From: Desulfatiglandales bacterium
Lineage (GTDB): Bacteria > Desulfobacterota > DSM-4660 > Desulfatiglandales > Desulfatiglandaceae
Length of the DNA stretch: 64,000 nucleotides
Direction of reading: 5' to 3'
Assembly: GCA_963666345.1 (NCBI GenBank)
Contig: OY762721.1
Span: forward strand, 800,001 to 864,000
Each line of letters begins with the position of its first letter. The stretch's first letter is position 1. The notes beneath the pieces were generated by a model. It made no database searches, had not been told where the DNA came from, and was given only the letters and a program-made list of their open reading frames with translations. This document shows positions 8,541 through 19,189 of the stretch, piece by piece. The position numbers and the translations under genes were made by a program.

Positions 8541-11500
8541 ATGCCACAGGAAAAGACAGGCGCCGTGCTGGTTATAGGAGGCGGTATTACCGGGATGCAG
8601 GCTTCTCTGGATCTTGCAGATTCAGGCTACTACGTCTACCTTGTTGAAAAATCAAGCTCAATAGGCGGGATGATGTCCCAGTTGGACAAGACCTTTCCAA
8701 CCAATGACTGCGCAATGTGAATTATCTCGCCTAAACTGGTCGAGGTCGGCCGGCACATAAACATAGAACTCCTTACCCTCTCGGAAGTAAACAGTATTTC
8801 AGGTGAAGAGGGTAATTTTGAAGTAAAAATAACCCGGAATCCGCGTTATGTTGATCTTGATAAATGCATAGCGTGCGGTCTTTGTGCGGAAAAATGCCCC
8901 AAAAAGGTTCCGAATGAATACGACGGGGGCCTTGTAAAGCGTAAAGCCATATATGTGAAATATGCCCAGGCAGTACCGCTCAAATACGCCATAGATCCTG
9001 AATACTGTATTAAACTTACCAAGGGGAAATGCGGAAACTGCGAAAAGGTGTGCCCTGCCGGCGCTATCAACTATGAGGACAAAAAAAAGGATATCACTCT
9101 TCAGGTAGGTGCTATCGTACTTGCTCAGGGAGGAGAGACTTTCGATCCTTCCGTACACGACACCTTCGGCTACAATAAATACCCCAACATAATCACCAGC
9201 CTGGAATTCGAAAGGATATTATCCGCTTCAGGTCCTTATGGTGGGCACCTCGTAAGGCCTTCGGATAAAAAGGAACCTGAAAAAATCGCATGGCTTCAGT
9301 GCATCGGCTCAAGGGATGAACACCTGGGCGCTAGAGGATATTGTTCAGCCGTCTGCTGTACTTATGCGGTCAAGGAGGCAATGCTCGCAAAGGAACACAG
9401 CAAAACCGGACTGGATACGGCCATATTCTACATTGATATACGAACAAACGGAAAGGACTTCGAAAGGTACTATAACAGAGCCAAGGATGAACTGGGAGTT
9501 CGATTCATCAAAAGCAAAGTCACCGCCATACCTCCTGTGGACGAAACCGGAAGGCATCTGATCAGGTATATTGATGAATCAGGGAAGAGGTGCGAAGAAG
9601 AATTTGACATGGTGGTTCTTTCAGTAGGGTTGGGAGTCACCAAGGAAGGTGTCGAACTTGCTAACAGGCTGGGGATAGAGCTTAACCACTACAGTTATGC
9701 AAGCACCAGCAGTTTCGAACCGGTTCAAAGCTCAGTTCACGGCATCTACGTGTGCGGAGCATTCCAGGGGCCGAAGGATATCCCTTCATCGGTCATTGAC
9801 TCAAGTGCCGCTGCCGGTGTCGTGGGATCTAAACTGGCATCCTCAAGGTGGAGTCTGACAAAAACCAAGATAATTCCCAAAGAGACGGACGTAACCGGAG
9901 AACCAACCCGCATCGGGATATTCGTCTGCTGTTGCGGTACCAACATAGCGGGCATCGTCAATGTGCCGGAGGTGGTTGAATATGCCAAAAGGCTGCCGGG
10001 AGTAGTTTACGCAGAGGAAAATATGTTCAGCTGCTCCCAGGATACACAGGAAAAATTGGCCCATGTTATCAAGGAAGAAAAGCTCAACAGGGTTGTCGTG
10101 GCCGCCTGCACACCCAAGACCCACGAACCGCTTTTCCAGGAAACGCTCCAGAATGCCGGAATAAACAAATATCTGTTCGAAATGGCCAACATCAGGAACC
10201 AGTGCTCCTGGGTTCATAAAGACGGGCCTGAGGAGGCAACTGAAAAGGCCAAAGACCTCGTAAGGATGGCGGCTGCAAAAGTAGCTTTGATGGCGCCGCT
10301 TCAGGAGCCTACTCTGGAAATAAACCAGAGGGCACTGGTGGTGGGAGGCGGTGTGGCAGGAATGAGCGCCGCTAAAAACCTTTCGGAACAGGGGTACGGC
10401 GTAGACCTTCTGGAAAAGATGGGAACCCTAGGAGGCCAGGCGAGGTTTCTGCTCGAGACCTGGAGAGGGGAGGATGCACAAATTTTCCTCTCACATCTTA
10501 TCGAAGATATAGAGGCCGATAAAAACATAGCCGTCCATCTGAATTCACAAATAAAGGGCGTCGATGGTTTTGTAGGTAATTTTAAGACCACCATAGAAAC
10601 CAACGGCGAAGAAAATACTCTTGAACATGGTGTAACCATTATTGCCTCCGGCGCATCGGAACTGAAGCCTGACCAGTATCTTTACGGAAAAGATGATAGA
10701 GTGCTGACGGGACTTGAACTTCAAAGGCGTTTTGTTGAAACGGATGAATCTCTGAACAAAATCAATTCGGCCGTTTTCATTCAATGCGTCGGATCCAGGA
10801 TTCCTGAAAGACCCTATTGTTCCAAGCTTTGCTGCACACAGTCTATAAAAAACGCCCTCAGGCTTAAACAGATCAATCCCGATATGGCAGTGTTCGTAAT
10901 CTACAGAGACATGCGGCCCTACGGCCTGAGAGAGGACCTGTACCGGGAAGCCAGATCAAAGGGCGTCGCATTTATCAGGTACGATTTTGATAAAGAGCTG
11001 AAGGTCGATTCTGAAAATGGTTCCCTGAAGATAAGTTTCACCGACTTTGTCTTGAGAAGACAGATGGAACTAAGGCCGGATCTGCTTGTGCTCGCTTCCG
11101 CAGTGGTGCCTGTAAAAAATGATCCTCTGTCAAAATTTTTCAAGATTACTCAAAACGATGACGGCTTTTTTACAGAGGCCCATGTCAAGCTAAGACCCGT
11201 GGATTTTGCCACAGACGGGGTATTTCTGTGCGGTCTCGCCCACTCGCCCAAACCTCTGGATGAATCGATAACGCAGGCCCAGGCGGCGGCTGCCAGGGCG
11301 GTAACCCTTCTTTCCGCAAAGACAATCTCGGTAAGCGGCACTGTCGCGCATGTGAATCCATCCTTCTGCAGCAGTTGCGGCATATGTGTATCAGTGTGTC
11401 CATATTCGGCTCCAAGATTCAACGAAAAGACGGGCAAAGCGGAGATAGAAGCCACACTCTGCAAGGGTTGCGGGTTGTGTGTCTCTTCATGCCGCTCAGG

Positions 11501-11570
11501 GGCCATAAATCTCAGGGGATTCGGAAACGATCAGATAATGGCTATGATTGATTCCTGTCTGGCAGTCTGA
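8541..11570 (+). CDS. hdrA: Heterodisulfide reductase subunit A, large form with two FAD-binding regions, selenocysteine at codon 60 (1009 aa)
   Basis: ATG 8541 with GAGGAG RBS reads [18 protein letters not shown]...[15 protein letters not shown](8718-8720)-IISPKL and continues in frame into the 8955 ORF; second GGGVAG motif; several Fe-S motifs. Confidence 0.9.
8736..8753 (+). promoter_or_regulatory. Putative bacterial SECIS hairpin
   Basis: CTGGTCG-AGGT-CGGCCGG stem-loop starting 16 nt after the UGA, with G in the apical loop. Confidence 0.7.
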
Positions 11571-11918
11571 TAATAAGGAAACGATAAGGGCCGCAAATGT
11601 CTTTTTGTCATGTGAGGACCTGCTGTTTTATACATAAAGACGGATGAAAAAGGCCCACCCCCCGCTTTAAGGATTGAATCCTGCGCCCTGCAATGACAAA
11701 ATCTCCCATATTATTTGCCTTTTTTTTGGCCCGGCCTTCAGGACAGCGCCTTCTATAATGAGATAAACCTGGTAATCCGGCGGGATAAAGATAGTTGCAT
11801 TTGAAAAGAATTATGTGTAAAAATACGGCCTATGGATAAGTAAAGGCTGATGCATCCTTAAAATTCGGAAGCTGTTCTCCCTGAAGCAAAAACGCGAAAC
11901 GATCAAGAGGGTATAGAC

Positions 11919-12971
11919 ATGGAAAGACCACATAATCCCCATACATATATCAACAGAAGAAAGTTTCTGAGGTTATCTGGCATTCTCGGGGCGGGCCTTG
12001 CCGTCGGAGGTATTTTGCCTGTGTCCGCAGAAGCGGTAAAATTCAACACAGATGAATACAAGGTGGACGAAACAAGGTCCGCCATGTCGACAACGGTAAC
12101 AATGATCCTGATACATCCATCCAAGACAGAGGCCCAAGAGGCAATCGGCAGGGCCTTTGAGGAAATATATCGGCTCGAAGGCCTTATGAATCGTTTCGAC
12201 GATTCAACAGCCGTCGGCAGCCTTAACAGACAGGGCTCTCTCATCGGTATTCCTTCCGAGGTACTTGAAGTGATCAGGAGTTCTCTGAGATATCACGGCG
12301 TCACCGGGGGTAATTTTGATATAACCGTAAAGCCAGTGATAGAACTGTTCAGCTGTGCCTCTCAAGGTAAAAGTAGGTATCCTGATAAAAGGGAGATTGA
12401 AGAAGCCTTCGGACTTGTGGGCTCCTCCAAGATCGAGATTAACGGCCGAGACATCCGTTTCAGGCAACCAGGCATGGGCATTACCCTTGACGGAATTGCA
12501 AAGGGTTATATCGTGGACAGGGCATCCGCCCTTCTTTCACGCTACAACATCCGCAATCATCTGATAAACGCAGGGGGGGACATAAGGGCAAGGGGTTCTC
12601 AACAAGGCAACAGGCCATGGAAGGTCGCTGTTCAGGATCCTCAAAAAAAGGGGGAATATCCGGACATAATACACCTGAACGACGGTGCCATAGCAACCTC
12701 GGGCAACTATGAGGTATATTTCGACAGTGAGCGGATGTCACACCACATTGTAGACCCCAAAACCGGACTTTCACCCATGATGAGCACCAGCGTGTCGGTG
12801 CTGGCCAAAACCGCCATGGAGGCCGACGCCTTTTCCACCAGTGTGTTCGTGATGGGACATGAAGCGGGAACCAGATTCATAGATTCAAGACCCGGCTGCG
12901 AGAGCCTTGTCCTTCAAAAGATGGGAAAGGCTTTCAGGTCCGCCGGTTGGTGCGCCCGGGCGGCCATATAA
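11919..12971 (+). CDS. apbE: FAD:protein FMN transferase ApbE with Tat signal
   Basis: NRRKFL Tat motif; LDGIAKGYIVD, INAGGDI, ATSGNYE, HHIVDPKTG, ADAFST. Confidence 0.92.
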   Translation: MERPHNPHTYINRRKFLRLSGILGAGLAVGGILPVSAEAVKFNTDEYKVDETRSAMSTTVTMILIHPSKTEAQEAIGRAFEEIYRLEGLMNRFDDSTAVGSLNRQGSLIGIPSEVLEVIRSSLRYHGVTGGNFDITVKPVIELFSCASQGKSRYPDKREIEEAFGLVGSSKIEINGRDIRFRQPGMGITLDGIAKGYIVDRASALLSRYNIRNHLINAGGDIRARGSQQGNRPWKVAVQDPQKKGEYPDIIHLNDGAIATSGNYEVYFDSERMSHHIVDPKTGLSPMMSTSVSVLAKTAMEADAFSTSVFVMGHEAGTRFIDSRPGCESLVLQKMGKAFRSAGWCARAAI

Positions 12972-14577
12972 ACGACTCTATCTCACTCAACAGTCCATAA
13001 AGACTGGGAGGACTGATCGCACTGGTTGCGATTCCTCCCATTTTTATGGAAAAATTTCTTGCCTGCTCTGCCGGAATAAGGTCCGACTTGTTCAAAACGA
13101 GCAATCTGGGGATATCTCCCAGTCCGAGTCGCGCAAGGATCTTTTCCACCGTTTCCAGATGAACTTCAAGCAAAGGGCTTGTGGAATCGACCACATGCAG
13201 CAGAAGGTCTGCGTCGTTCAGCTCCTCAAGAGTGGCCTCAAAGGCGTCCATGAGGCTTTCAGGAATATCCCTTATAAATCCCACCGTATCGGTTATGATC
13301 GCCTCCCTTTCTCTGGGGAACCGCAGGCGCCTGCTGCTCGGATCAAGCGTCTCAAAAAGCCTGTTTCCCACATTGACCCTGCTGCGAGTCATCGCATTCA
13401 GCAGCGTCGATTTACCGGCATTGGTGTACCCGACGATTGATATAACAGGCAGGCCCCTGTCTTTTCTGAGCCTTCTTCTGTCCTTTCTCTGCCGTCTGAT
13501 TGAGGCGAGTTCCCTGTTGAGCTTTGCTATGCGGGAATAGACCCTTCTTCTGTTTATTTCTAGCTTTGTCTCTCCCGGCCCTCTTCCACCTATCCCACCG
13601 GTGAGTCTCGACATGGCGGTATTTTTGGTGGCAAGCCTGGGAAGCAGATATTTGAACTGCGCCAGTTCTACCTGAATCTTACCTTCCCTTGTAACCGCAC
13701 GTCTGGCAAATATATCCAAAATGAGCTGGGTACGGTCGATGATCTTGAGTTCGGTGATATCCGTGAGGCTCCTTACCTGTGCCGGGGAAAGGTCATTGTC
13801 GAATATCAATAGATTCGACCCGGTCTGAATGCATTCAAGCGAAAGTTCACTCAGTTTTCCCTTTCCTATCAAAAGGGAGGAACCTCCATTTTTTACCTGC
13901 TGAAGGTGCCTGCCTGCCACATCTATTCCGTCTGATCTTGCAAGATCCTCCAATTCATCAAGGCGCTGCTCTCCGCTCCACCTAGGACCTGTGGTGACTC
14001 CGATCAGCACCGCCTTCTCCCTGCCCCTTACAGAGCGCCCGGTCCTGACCCTTGCCAGTTCATCTTCGATAGAATAAATCTTCTCGATGAAGTCCAGTTC
14101 CAGCTGGCCGATGTCAGCGGCGCGGTTCTCCTCCCACCCCCTTACGCCCCTTCCATGTGGAAGGATATTGGCATAACAGATGGCACCCGGCATACCTTGA
14201 TCCCCGACCCTGACGCAGGCCATCAGGTCCAGACCGAGAAGAAGCATGTCGGTTATATCCTCCTGTGATAGAGGCTCGCCTCTAAGGTGCGTGTGGATGC
14301 ACCTCAGCCCCTTCAGACGGCCCTCTCCCTGTCTGAACCTGCTCAGGTCGGGTATCCATATCCGTTTGTCGCTGCCTACTATCACATATGCGATTTCTCC
14401 CTTTCTGGACACCAAAATCGCGACCTGTCTCTTTATTTCGCTGGATATTGCACAGATCTGACGGGTAAGTTCCCTGGAGACTATCTCATGGGGTGAGAAA
14501 CGGCGCCGGTAAAGATTCTGAAGTCTCTTTTGCTGGCTTGCCTTGAGACCGGCTGTCTTGCCGTATATCCTGTCGAT
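12934..14577 (-). CDS. hflX: GTPase HflX, long N-terminal form, probable ATC start
   Basis: DRTQLILDIFA, GRGPGETKLE, GYTNAGKS, DTVGFI, NKSD; frame stays open upstream of 14415 to ATC 14577 (IDRIYGKTAGLKASQ...) with GAGGA 9 nt upstream. Confidence 0.9.
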   Translation of the reverse strand: MDRIYGKTAGLKASQQKRLQNLYRRRFSPHEIVSRELTRQICAISSEIKRQVAILVSRKGEIAYVIVGSDKRIWIPDLSRFRQGEGRLKGLRCIHTHLRGEPLSQEDITDMLLLGLDLMACVRVGDQGMPGAICYANILPHGRGVRGWEENRAADIGQLELDFIEKIYSIEDELARVRTGRSVRGREKAVLIGVTTGPRWSGEQRLDELEDLARSDGIDVAGRHLQQVKNGGSSLLIGKGKLSELSLECIQTGSNLLIFDNDLSPAQVRSLTDITELKIIDRTQLILDIFARRAVTREGKIQVELAQFKYLLPRLATKNTAMSRLTGGIGGRGPGETKLEINRRRVYSRIAKLNRELASIRRQRKDRRRLRKDRGLPVISIVGYTNAGKSTLLNAMTRSRVNVGNRLFETLDPSSRRLRFPREREAIITDTVGFIRDIPESLMDAFEATLEELNDADLLLHVVDSTSPLLEVHLETVEKILARLGLGDIPRLLVLNKSDLIPAEQARNFSIKMGGIATSAISPPSLYGLLSEIESFIWPPGRTNRRT

Positions 14578-14782
14578 GGTTTCAGATCCTCATCGATTTG
14601 GTTCATTGGGAGAGACCTTGCTCTCTGAGCCAGGTTCAAAAAAAGCGGCACTATTCTTAATCATAGGCATTGTGGACATTACAAGATATTCTAAAGTCCT
14701 GGTATAATAATCTCTGTCCCCCTTTCAGCGGTAAACCAATGCCCTTCCTTACCTGCCGAAGTCTTCAAGACGGACACAGCAG

Positions 14783-16147
14783 CTAAAAGGAGTCCTCTTC
14801 CTCCACAAAATCCTTGAACAGGGTACGCTCCTTTAAAAAAGTCAACTTAAAAAAGCCGGTCGGCCCGTTTCTCTGCTTTCCTATGATGATCTCAGCTATG
14901 TTCCTGTTTTCAGCATTTTCCGGATGGTACACCTCGTCCCGGTAGATAAAGGCGATAACATCCGCGTCCTGCTCTATTGCTCCGCTTTCTCTCAGATCCG
15001 CCAGTTGAGGTTTCTTATTCGGCCTGTCTTCAACCTTTCTGTTTAACTGTGAAAGGGCCAGCACAGGCACATTCAGGTCTTTTGCAAGGGCCTTCAGCAT
15101 TCTTGATATCTCGGAGATTTCAAGCTGGCGCGACTCGGCGGAACTTCTTCCCTGAATGAGCTGGAGATAATCAACTATTACGAGACACAGATCGTATCTC
15201 TTTTTTAATCTCCTGCATTTTGCCTTCATCCCCAGGACGCTTATTCCTGAACTGTCGTCTATGAATATGGGTAATTCCGAGAGTCTGTTGGCCGAATCGG
15301 TCAAGCCTTCCCAGTCCTTGTCCCTTAAATAACCGGTCCTGAGCTTTGTTGCGTTTATGCCTGAATCCAGCCCGAGCAGTCTTATGCCCAACTGCTGTTT
15401 GGACATCTCAAGGGAGAACACGGCCACTCCCTTCTGTGTCTTTTTGGCTGCATTATATCCGATATTAAGTGCAAAGGCGGTTTTCCCCATACTCGGCCTT
15501 CCGGCGATGATTACAAGATCAGACGGCTGCAGCCCGGCGGTCAGCCTGTCGAAGTCTGTAAAATCAGTTGGGACGCCTGTCACATATCCTTCAAACTCAG
15601 ACATGCGCTCCAGCCTTTTGAAGCTCCCCTTAATTACTTCCTTTATGCTCTGAAATCCCTCTTTTACCTGCTCCTCTGCTATATCGTAAATCGCCTGCTC
15701 GGCTATTTCTAGGATTTCCTCCGTATCGCCCGTGTCCTTGAAACAGGACTCCGATATCATTGAGCAGCTGTTTATAAGCCTTCTCTTGACGGCAAGGGAT
15801 TTAACGATTTGGGCGTGATGGACTATACCTGCTGAGGTGGAGACCGATTCAACCAGAGATGCCAGATAATCGGTTCCGCCCACCTTTTCAAGGAGGGCCT
15901 TGCTGATGAGACGCTGAGACAGGGTTATAATATCGATAGGTTCGGTCTGGTTGTAGAGATCAACCATGCCCTGAAAAACAGATGCATGTGCCTCTCGATA
16001 GAAATCATCCGGCTTCAGTATATCGGTGACCATGTTCATGGCATCGTTGTTTAGCAGAACTCCACCCAGAATAGCCTGTTCCGCCTCGAGATTATGAGGA
16101 GGAACCTTTAAAAACCGGCCTTCTATCTTCTCTTTTGCCTGAGGCAT
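14783..16147 (-). CDS. dnaB: Replicative DNA helicase
   Basis: PPHNLEAEQ, GRPSMGKT, IVDYLQL, DLRESGAIEQDAD, KQRNGPTG. Confidence 0.98.
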   Translation of the reverse strand: MPQAKEKIEGRFLKVPPHNLEAEQAILGGVLLNNDAMNMVTDILKPDDFYREAHASVFQGMVDLYNQTEPIDIITLSQRLISKALLEKVGGTDYLASLVESVSTSAGIVHHAQIVKSLAVKRRLINSCSMISESCFKDTGDTEEILEIAEQAIYDIAEEQVKEGFQSIKEVIKGSFKRLERMSEFEGYVTGVPTDFTDFDRLTAGLQPSDLVIIAGRPSMGKTAFALNIGYNAAKKTQKGVAVFSLEMSKQQLGIRLLGLDSGINATKLRTGYLRDKDWEGLTDSANRLSELPIFIDDSSGISVLGMKAKCRRLKKRYDLCLVIVDYLQLIQGRSSAESRQLEISEISRMLKALAKDLNVPVLALSQLNRKVEDRPNKKPQLADLRESGAIEQDADVIAFIYRDEVYHPENAENRNIAEIIIGKQRNGPTGFFKLTFLKERTLFKDFVEEEDSF

Positions 16148-16196
16148 TTAACAACCTTTCCGGTTGAACTCATCAGTAAAACGACCCGGATATCAC

Positions 16197-16655
16197 TTAT
16201 TCCTCAGATTTTCCTTCGGCTTCCACTGTTATTTTTAAAGAAGCCGTAACCTCAGGGTAGATCTTCACAGGCACTTCATGTTCACCCAAAATCTTTATGG
16301 GGCCTTCCATGCTGATCCTTTTTCTGTCGATCGAAATCCCTTTGTTTTCCAGTTCCGAGGCGATATCCATAGAAGTAACAGATCCGTAAAGTTTTCCTTC
16401 TTCCCCGGCCTTGTGCGAAAAAGTAAGCACCATTTGCTCCAACTGCCGTTTCAGACCTTCCGCATCTTCTCTGGCCTTAAGCCTTCGCACCTCTATCTTT
16501 TTCCGTTTCTGTTCAAAGGCCTTTATGTTCTGGGCTGTGGCTTCAACCGCAATATTTCTGGGGATCAGATAATTGCGTGCATAACCCTTTGCTACCTTGA
16601 TCACATCCCCTTCAAGACCGAGATCATTCATGTCTTCCTGTAAAATAACTTCCAT
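16197..16655 (-). CDS. rplI: 50S ribosomal protein L9
   Basis: MEVIL...LGLEGDVIKVAKGYARNYLIP, GKLYGSVT. Confidence 0.98.
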   Translation of the reverse strand: MEVILQEDMNDLGLEGDVIKVAKGYARNYLIPRNIAVEATAQNIKAFEQKRKKIEVRRLKAREDAEGLKRQLEQMVLTFSHKAGEEGKLYGSVTSMDIASELENKGISIDRKRISMEGPIKILGEHEVPVKIYPEVTASLKITVEAEGKSEE

Positions 16656-16676
16656 ACCTTATCCTCCAAAATTAGA

Positions 16677-17615
16677 TCAGCGATCCATCCTTCTATGGAT
16701 CTTCCTGAAATCTATCCATTGATCAAAAATTCCGGCAAGCACAAGCAGTATCATACAGAGCTGTTGCACCATAATAAGGACATAAAATCCAGCTCTTATA
16801 AGCCTCGGAACATGAAATTTATTCAGGAAGAAAAGACTGATGGACAGCCCGTGAAAAAAATATACCGCTATCATTACAATAAACGCATTGATAGCGAAAA
16901 ATTGTATACCGCCTGATGATAAAAATAAAGCAAAACCTGAGACGATAATACCCCACACCATCTCATCAGGGGCCTGCCAGTGATCAACAGGACCGAAATC
17001 AGGATATTCAAGACCGGTTCTCACGAAAAGGGCCTTTGCCAGAATCACGTTCAACCACACAGCAAAAGCGGTACCTAAAATCATGAGCGAGGGATAAATC
17101 CTGGCCACGATATCCATAAAAGCCTTTATATAGGCCTCAATTGCAGCCGCTTCCTGCGATGGGGCCCCCATGCCTTCGTAAATGGCCACTTCGGACTTCA
17201 ATTGTATTTCCATGTAGTTGAGCAACATTTCAAAGGGACCCGAACCCTTTGACCAGCTCAAAATAAAAAGAAAAAACAGCCCTGTCATCGACATGATGAT
17301 GACAGTGGCCAGCATAGTCTTTCCAAGGGTCAGCCCTTTCCTGAATAACTCACTAAGGACCAGCCCCATGAAGCTGAATTCCAGGCAGAATATAATGACC
17401 TGGGTCTGTCCCGTAAACCTTGCAAACAGGCCCAGAACCAAAGTGGTAAGGACTGCGAGTTTGATACCGTCAAACAGGCCCAGTTTAGTTGAATAATAGA
17501 GGAAAATTAAGGGCGTCAGCAGGCTAATCAGGGGACCGATAAAAGGGACCCAGATGGAGGCCAGGAGCAACAAGGCGGTCCCGCCCACACAACCCAGCAC
17601 ATCTGAAAGTTTCAT
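16677..17615 (-). CDS. YybS/DUF2232-family membrane protein
   Basis: Polytopic, ends GIFDQWIDFRK; lies between rpsR and rplI. Confidence 0.85.
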   Translation of the reverse strand: MKLSDVLGCVGGTALLLLASIWVPFIGPLISLLTPLIFLYYSTKLGLFDGIKLAVLTTLVLGLFARFTGQTQVIIFCLEFSFMGLVLSELFRKGLTLGKTMLATVIIMSMTGLFFLFILSWSKGSGPFEMLLNYMEIQLKSEVAIYEGMGAPSQEAAAIEAYIKAFMDIVARIYPSLMILGTAFAVWLNVILAKALFVRTGLEYPDFGPVDHWQAPDEMVWGIIVSGFALFLSSGGIQFFAINAFIVMIAVYFFHGLSISLFFLNKFHVPRLIRAGFYVLIMVQQLCMILLVLAGIFDQWIDFRKIHRRMDR

Positions 17616-17674
17616 TGGTTTTTGGGATAGGCAAGCCCCATCAAAGCAAACGGCTCTCTGCTAGGGGTTTCAGA

Positions 17675-17941
17675 TTATCTTACGACAGATGTCGTATAAG
17701 GCAGCAGGGCCATATTTCTCGCCCTCTTAATGGCCAGAGTAAGCATCCTTTGATGCTTGGCACAGTTGCCTGAAATTCTGCGTGGAGTGATCTTGCCCCT
17801 TTCGGTTGTAAAATATCTAAGTGTTCTGGGTTCTTTGTAATCAATTACCAGGCTGCTGTCAGCACAAAACCTGCAGATTTTTCTCCTGTGATAGGTCTTT
17901 CTGCCTCTGCCCGGATTTCTACCGTTGTCATTATAGGCCAT
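17675..17941 (-). CDS. rpsR: 30S ribosomal protein S18 (Zn-type)
   Basis: [45 protein letters not shown]. Confidence 0.98.
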   Translation of the reverse strand: MAYNDNGRNPGRGRKTYHRRKICRFCADSSLVIDYKEPRTLRYFTTERGKITPRRISGNCAKHQRMLTLAIKRARNMALLPYTTSVVR

Positions 17942-17952
17942 TGTCAACCCCT

Positions 17953-18384
17953 TTATATCTCTTCCTGATTGTCAGCTTTCTGCTCTTCTGTCTCTTCTAC
18001 AGTTTCCACTTCAGCTTCGGTTTCCACTTCAGCTTCGGTTTCTTCCGGGGGAGTTTCCTTGAAACTGGCCTGAAGGGCCTCAGGGTCTACATTGTCGTCA
18101 AGTTTTATTGTCTGATGCTTAAGGACCCTTTCATCAAGCTTAAACTCTCTGTTCATCGGTTCTATGATTTCCGGACTACCGCAGAATTGGAAAAGGACAT
18201 AGAAGCCCTTGTCATGTTTTTTTACCGGATATGCCAGAGTCTTCTTACCCCATTCATCTAATTTTATTGCGGTTCCCTTGTTATTTGAAACAAAACCGTT
18301 GAACTTCTCAACGACCTCTCCGCAGTCCTCTTCACTCAGATTAGGATTAAGAAGATAAAGCGTCTCATAAAAGTTAATAGCCAT
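17953..18384 (-). CDS. rpsF: 30S ribosomal protein S6 with acidic tail
   Basis: ATG 18384 after [30 protein letters not shown]; 18-bp tandem repeat (18002-18037) in the acidic tail. Confidence 0.96.
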   Translation of the reverse strand: MAINFYETLYLLNPNLSEEDCGEVVEKFNGFVSNNKGTAIKLDEWGKKTLAYPVKKHDKGFYVLFQFCGSPEIIEPMNREFKLDERVLKHQTIKLDDNVDPEALQASFKETPPEETEAEVETEAEVETVEETEEQKADNQEEI

Positions 18385-18390
18385 AGATTT

Positions 18391-18450
18391 CTCCTTTCGG
18401 CCAATTTTTGGTTCTCCTCTTCCCATCACCGGCAGAGAAGAACAAGGAGT
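18391..18450 (-). promoter_or_regulatory. Probable S6:S18 autoregulatory leader of rpsF
   Basis: On the minus strand CTCCTTG can pair with the AAGGAG RBS around an inner TTCTTCTC/GAGGAGAA stem followed by CC. Confidence 0.5.
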
Positions 18451-18631
18451 ATTTTTGGATGAAATGGAAATAATTACCACTGCTTCGAAACCTTGTCAAG
18501 AAATTTAAGTAACGCATTTTCGAATTTTTCTTAAGATTTTTTAAACGAAATTGATTAATCGTATTGAAAAAAGGCATCCCCGGTTCTATAACTCCTGAAT
18601 GCGAAAAAATAAAAAAGCAAGGTAGAAACAT

Positions 18632-18850
18632 ATGTTGAAAAGGGAGACAGAAGTTGCCAGAAATGCCGCCCTCGAAGCGGGTAAAATTCTGACCGCGATG
18701 TTCGGCAGTATAAACAAAATAGTCCTGGGGACCGTTTACAGCCCTCCCCTTGAAGAACTTTTTGAGGCGGTTTAAGGTCATGGGGCATATCTGAACAACA
18801 AAAAGATAAGTGTTTCAAATACATTGACGCTAGAGGCTTCTCAATCCCTG
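18632..18850 (+). pseudogene. Internally deleted inositol monophosphatase (SuhB-like) remnant
   Basis: MLKRETEVARNAALEAGKIL...MFGSINKI joined to VLGTVYSPPLEELFEAV*GHGAYLNNKKISVS; in-frame TAA at 18773; catalytic WIIDPLDGT region absent. Confidence 0.7.
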
Positions 18851-18851
18851 A

Positions 18852-19130
18852 TCACAATTTTCCGTCCAGAACCTTTTTCACCTCTTTTTCATCAAGGCCT
18901 TGGATCATCAACCTCTTTGATTTTGACTTTGAACCCCCTGTTATTTTTATGTTGCCTTTGGCTATCTTGAGCTGCCCGGCGAGAAAGTCGATCAGGGCCT
19001 TGTTGGCCTTTCCGTCAACAGGGGGTGCGGTAAGTTTTATTCTGTAGGATCCTTGGTCCTTTCCGATAATCCTATTTACCGAAGACCGTGGAACAACCTT
19101 CACATTAATTGAGACCCGTGGACCTTCCAT
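18852..19130 (-). CDS. YggU/DUF167 family protein
   Basis: VKVVPRSS, LTAPPVDGKANKALI, GGSKSKSK. Confidence 0.92.
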   Translation of the reverse strand: MEGPRVSINVKVVPRSSVNRIIGKDQGSYRIKLTAPPVDGKANKALIDFLAGQLKIAKGNIKITGGSKSKSKRLMIQGLDEKEVKKVLDGKL

Positions 19131-19189
19131 ATCTTAGACATCTCATGAATTAACTGGGAAAGCAGGCCGGGACAAAGGGATCATCCCCG

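Noticed and set aside
8955..11570. ORF-track start for hdrA, or hdrA as a pseudogene
   Set aside because: The upstream in-frame sequence with RBS, FAD motif and SECIS-like hairpin indicates Sec readthrough from 8541.
11571..11918. Hidden Sec-containing mvhD after hdrA
   Set aside because: No MvhD-like reading was found in this gap.
18002..18037. 18-bp tandem repeat in rpsF as a special element
   Set aside because: Ordinary expansion of the variable acidic S6 tail.
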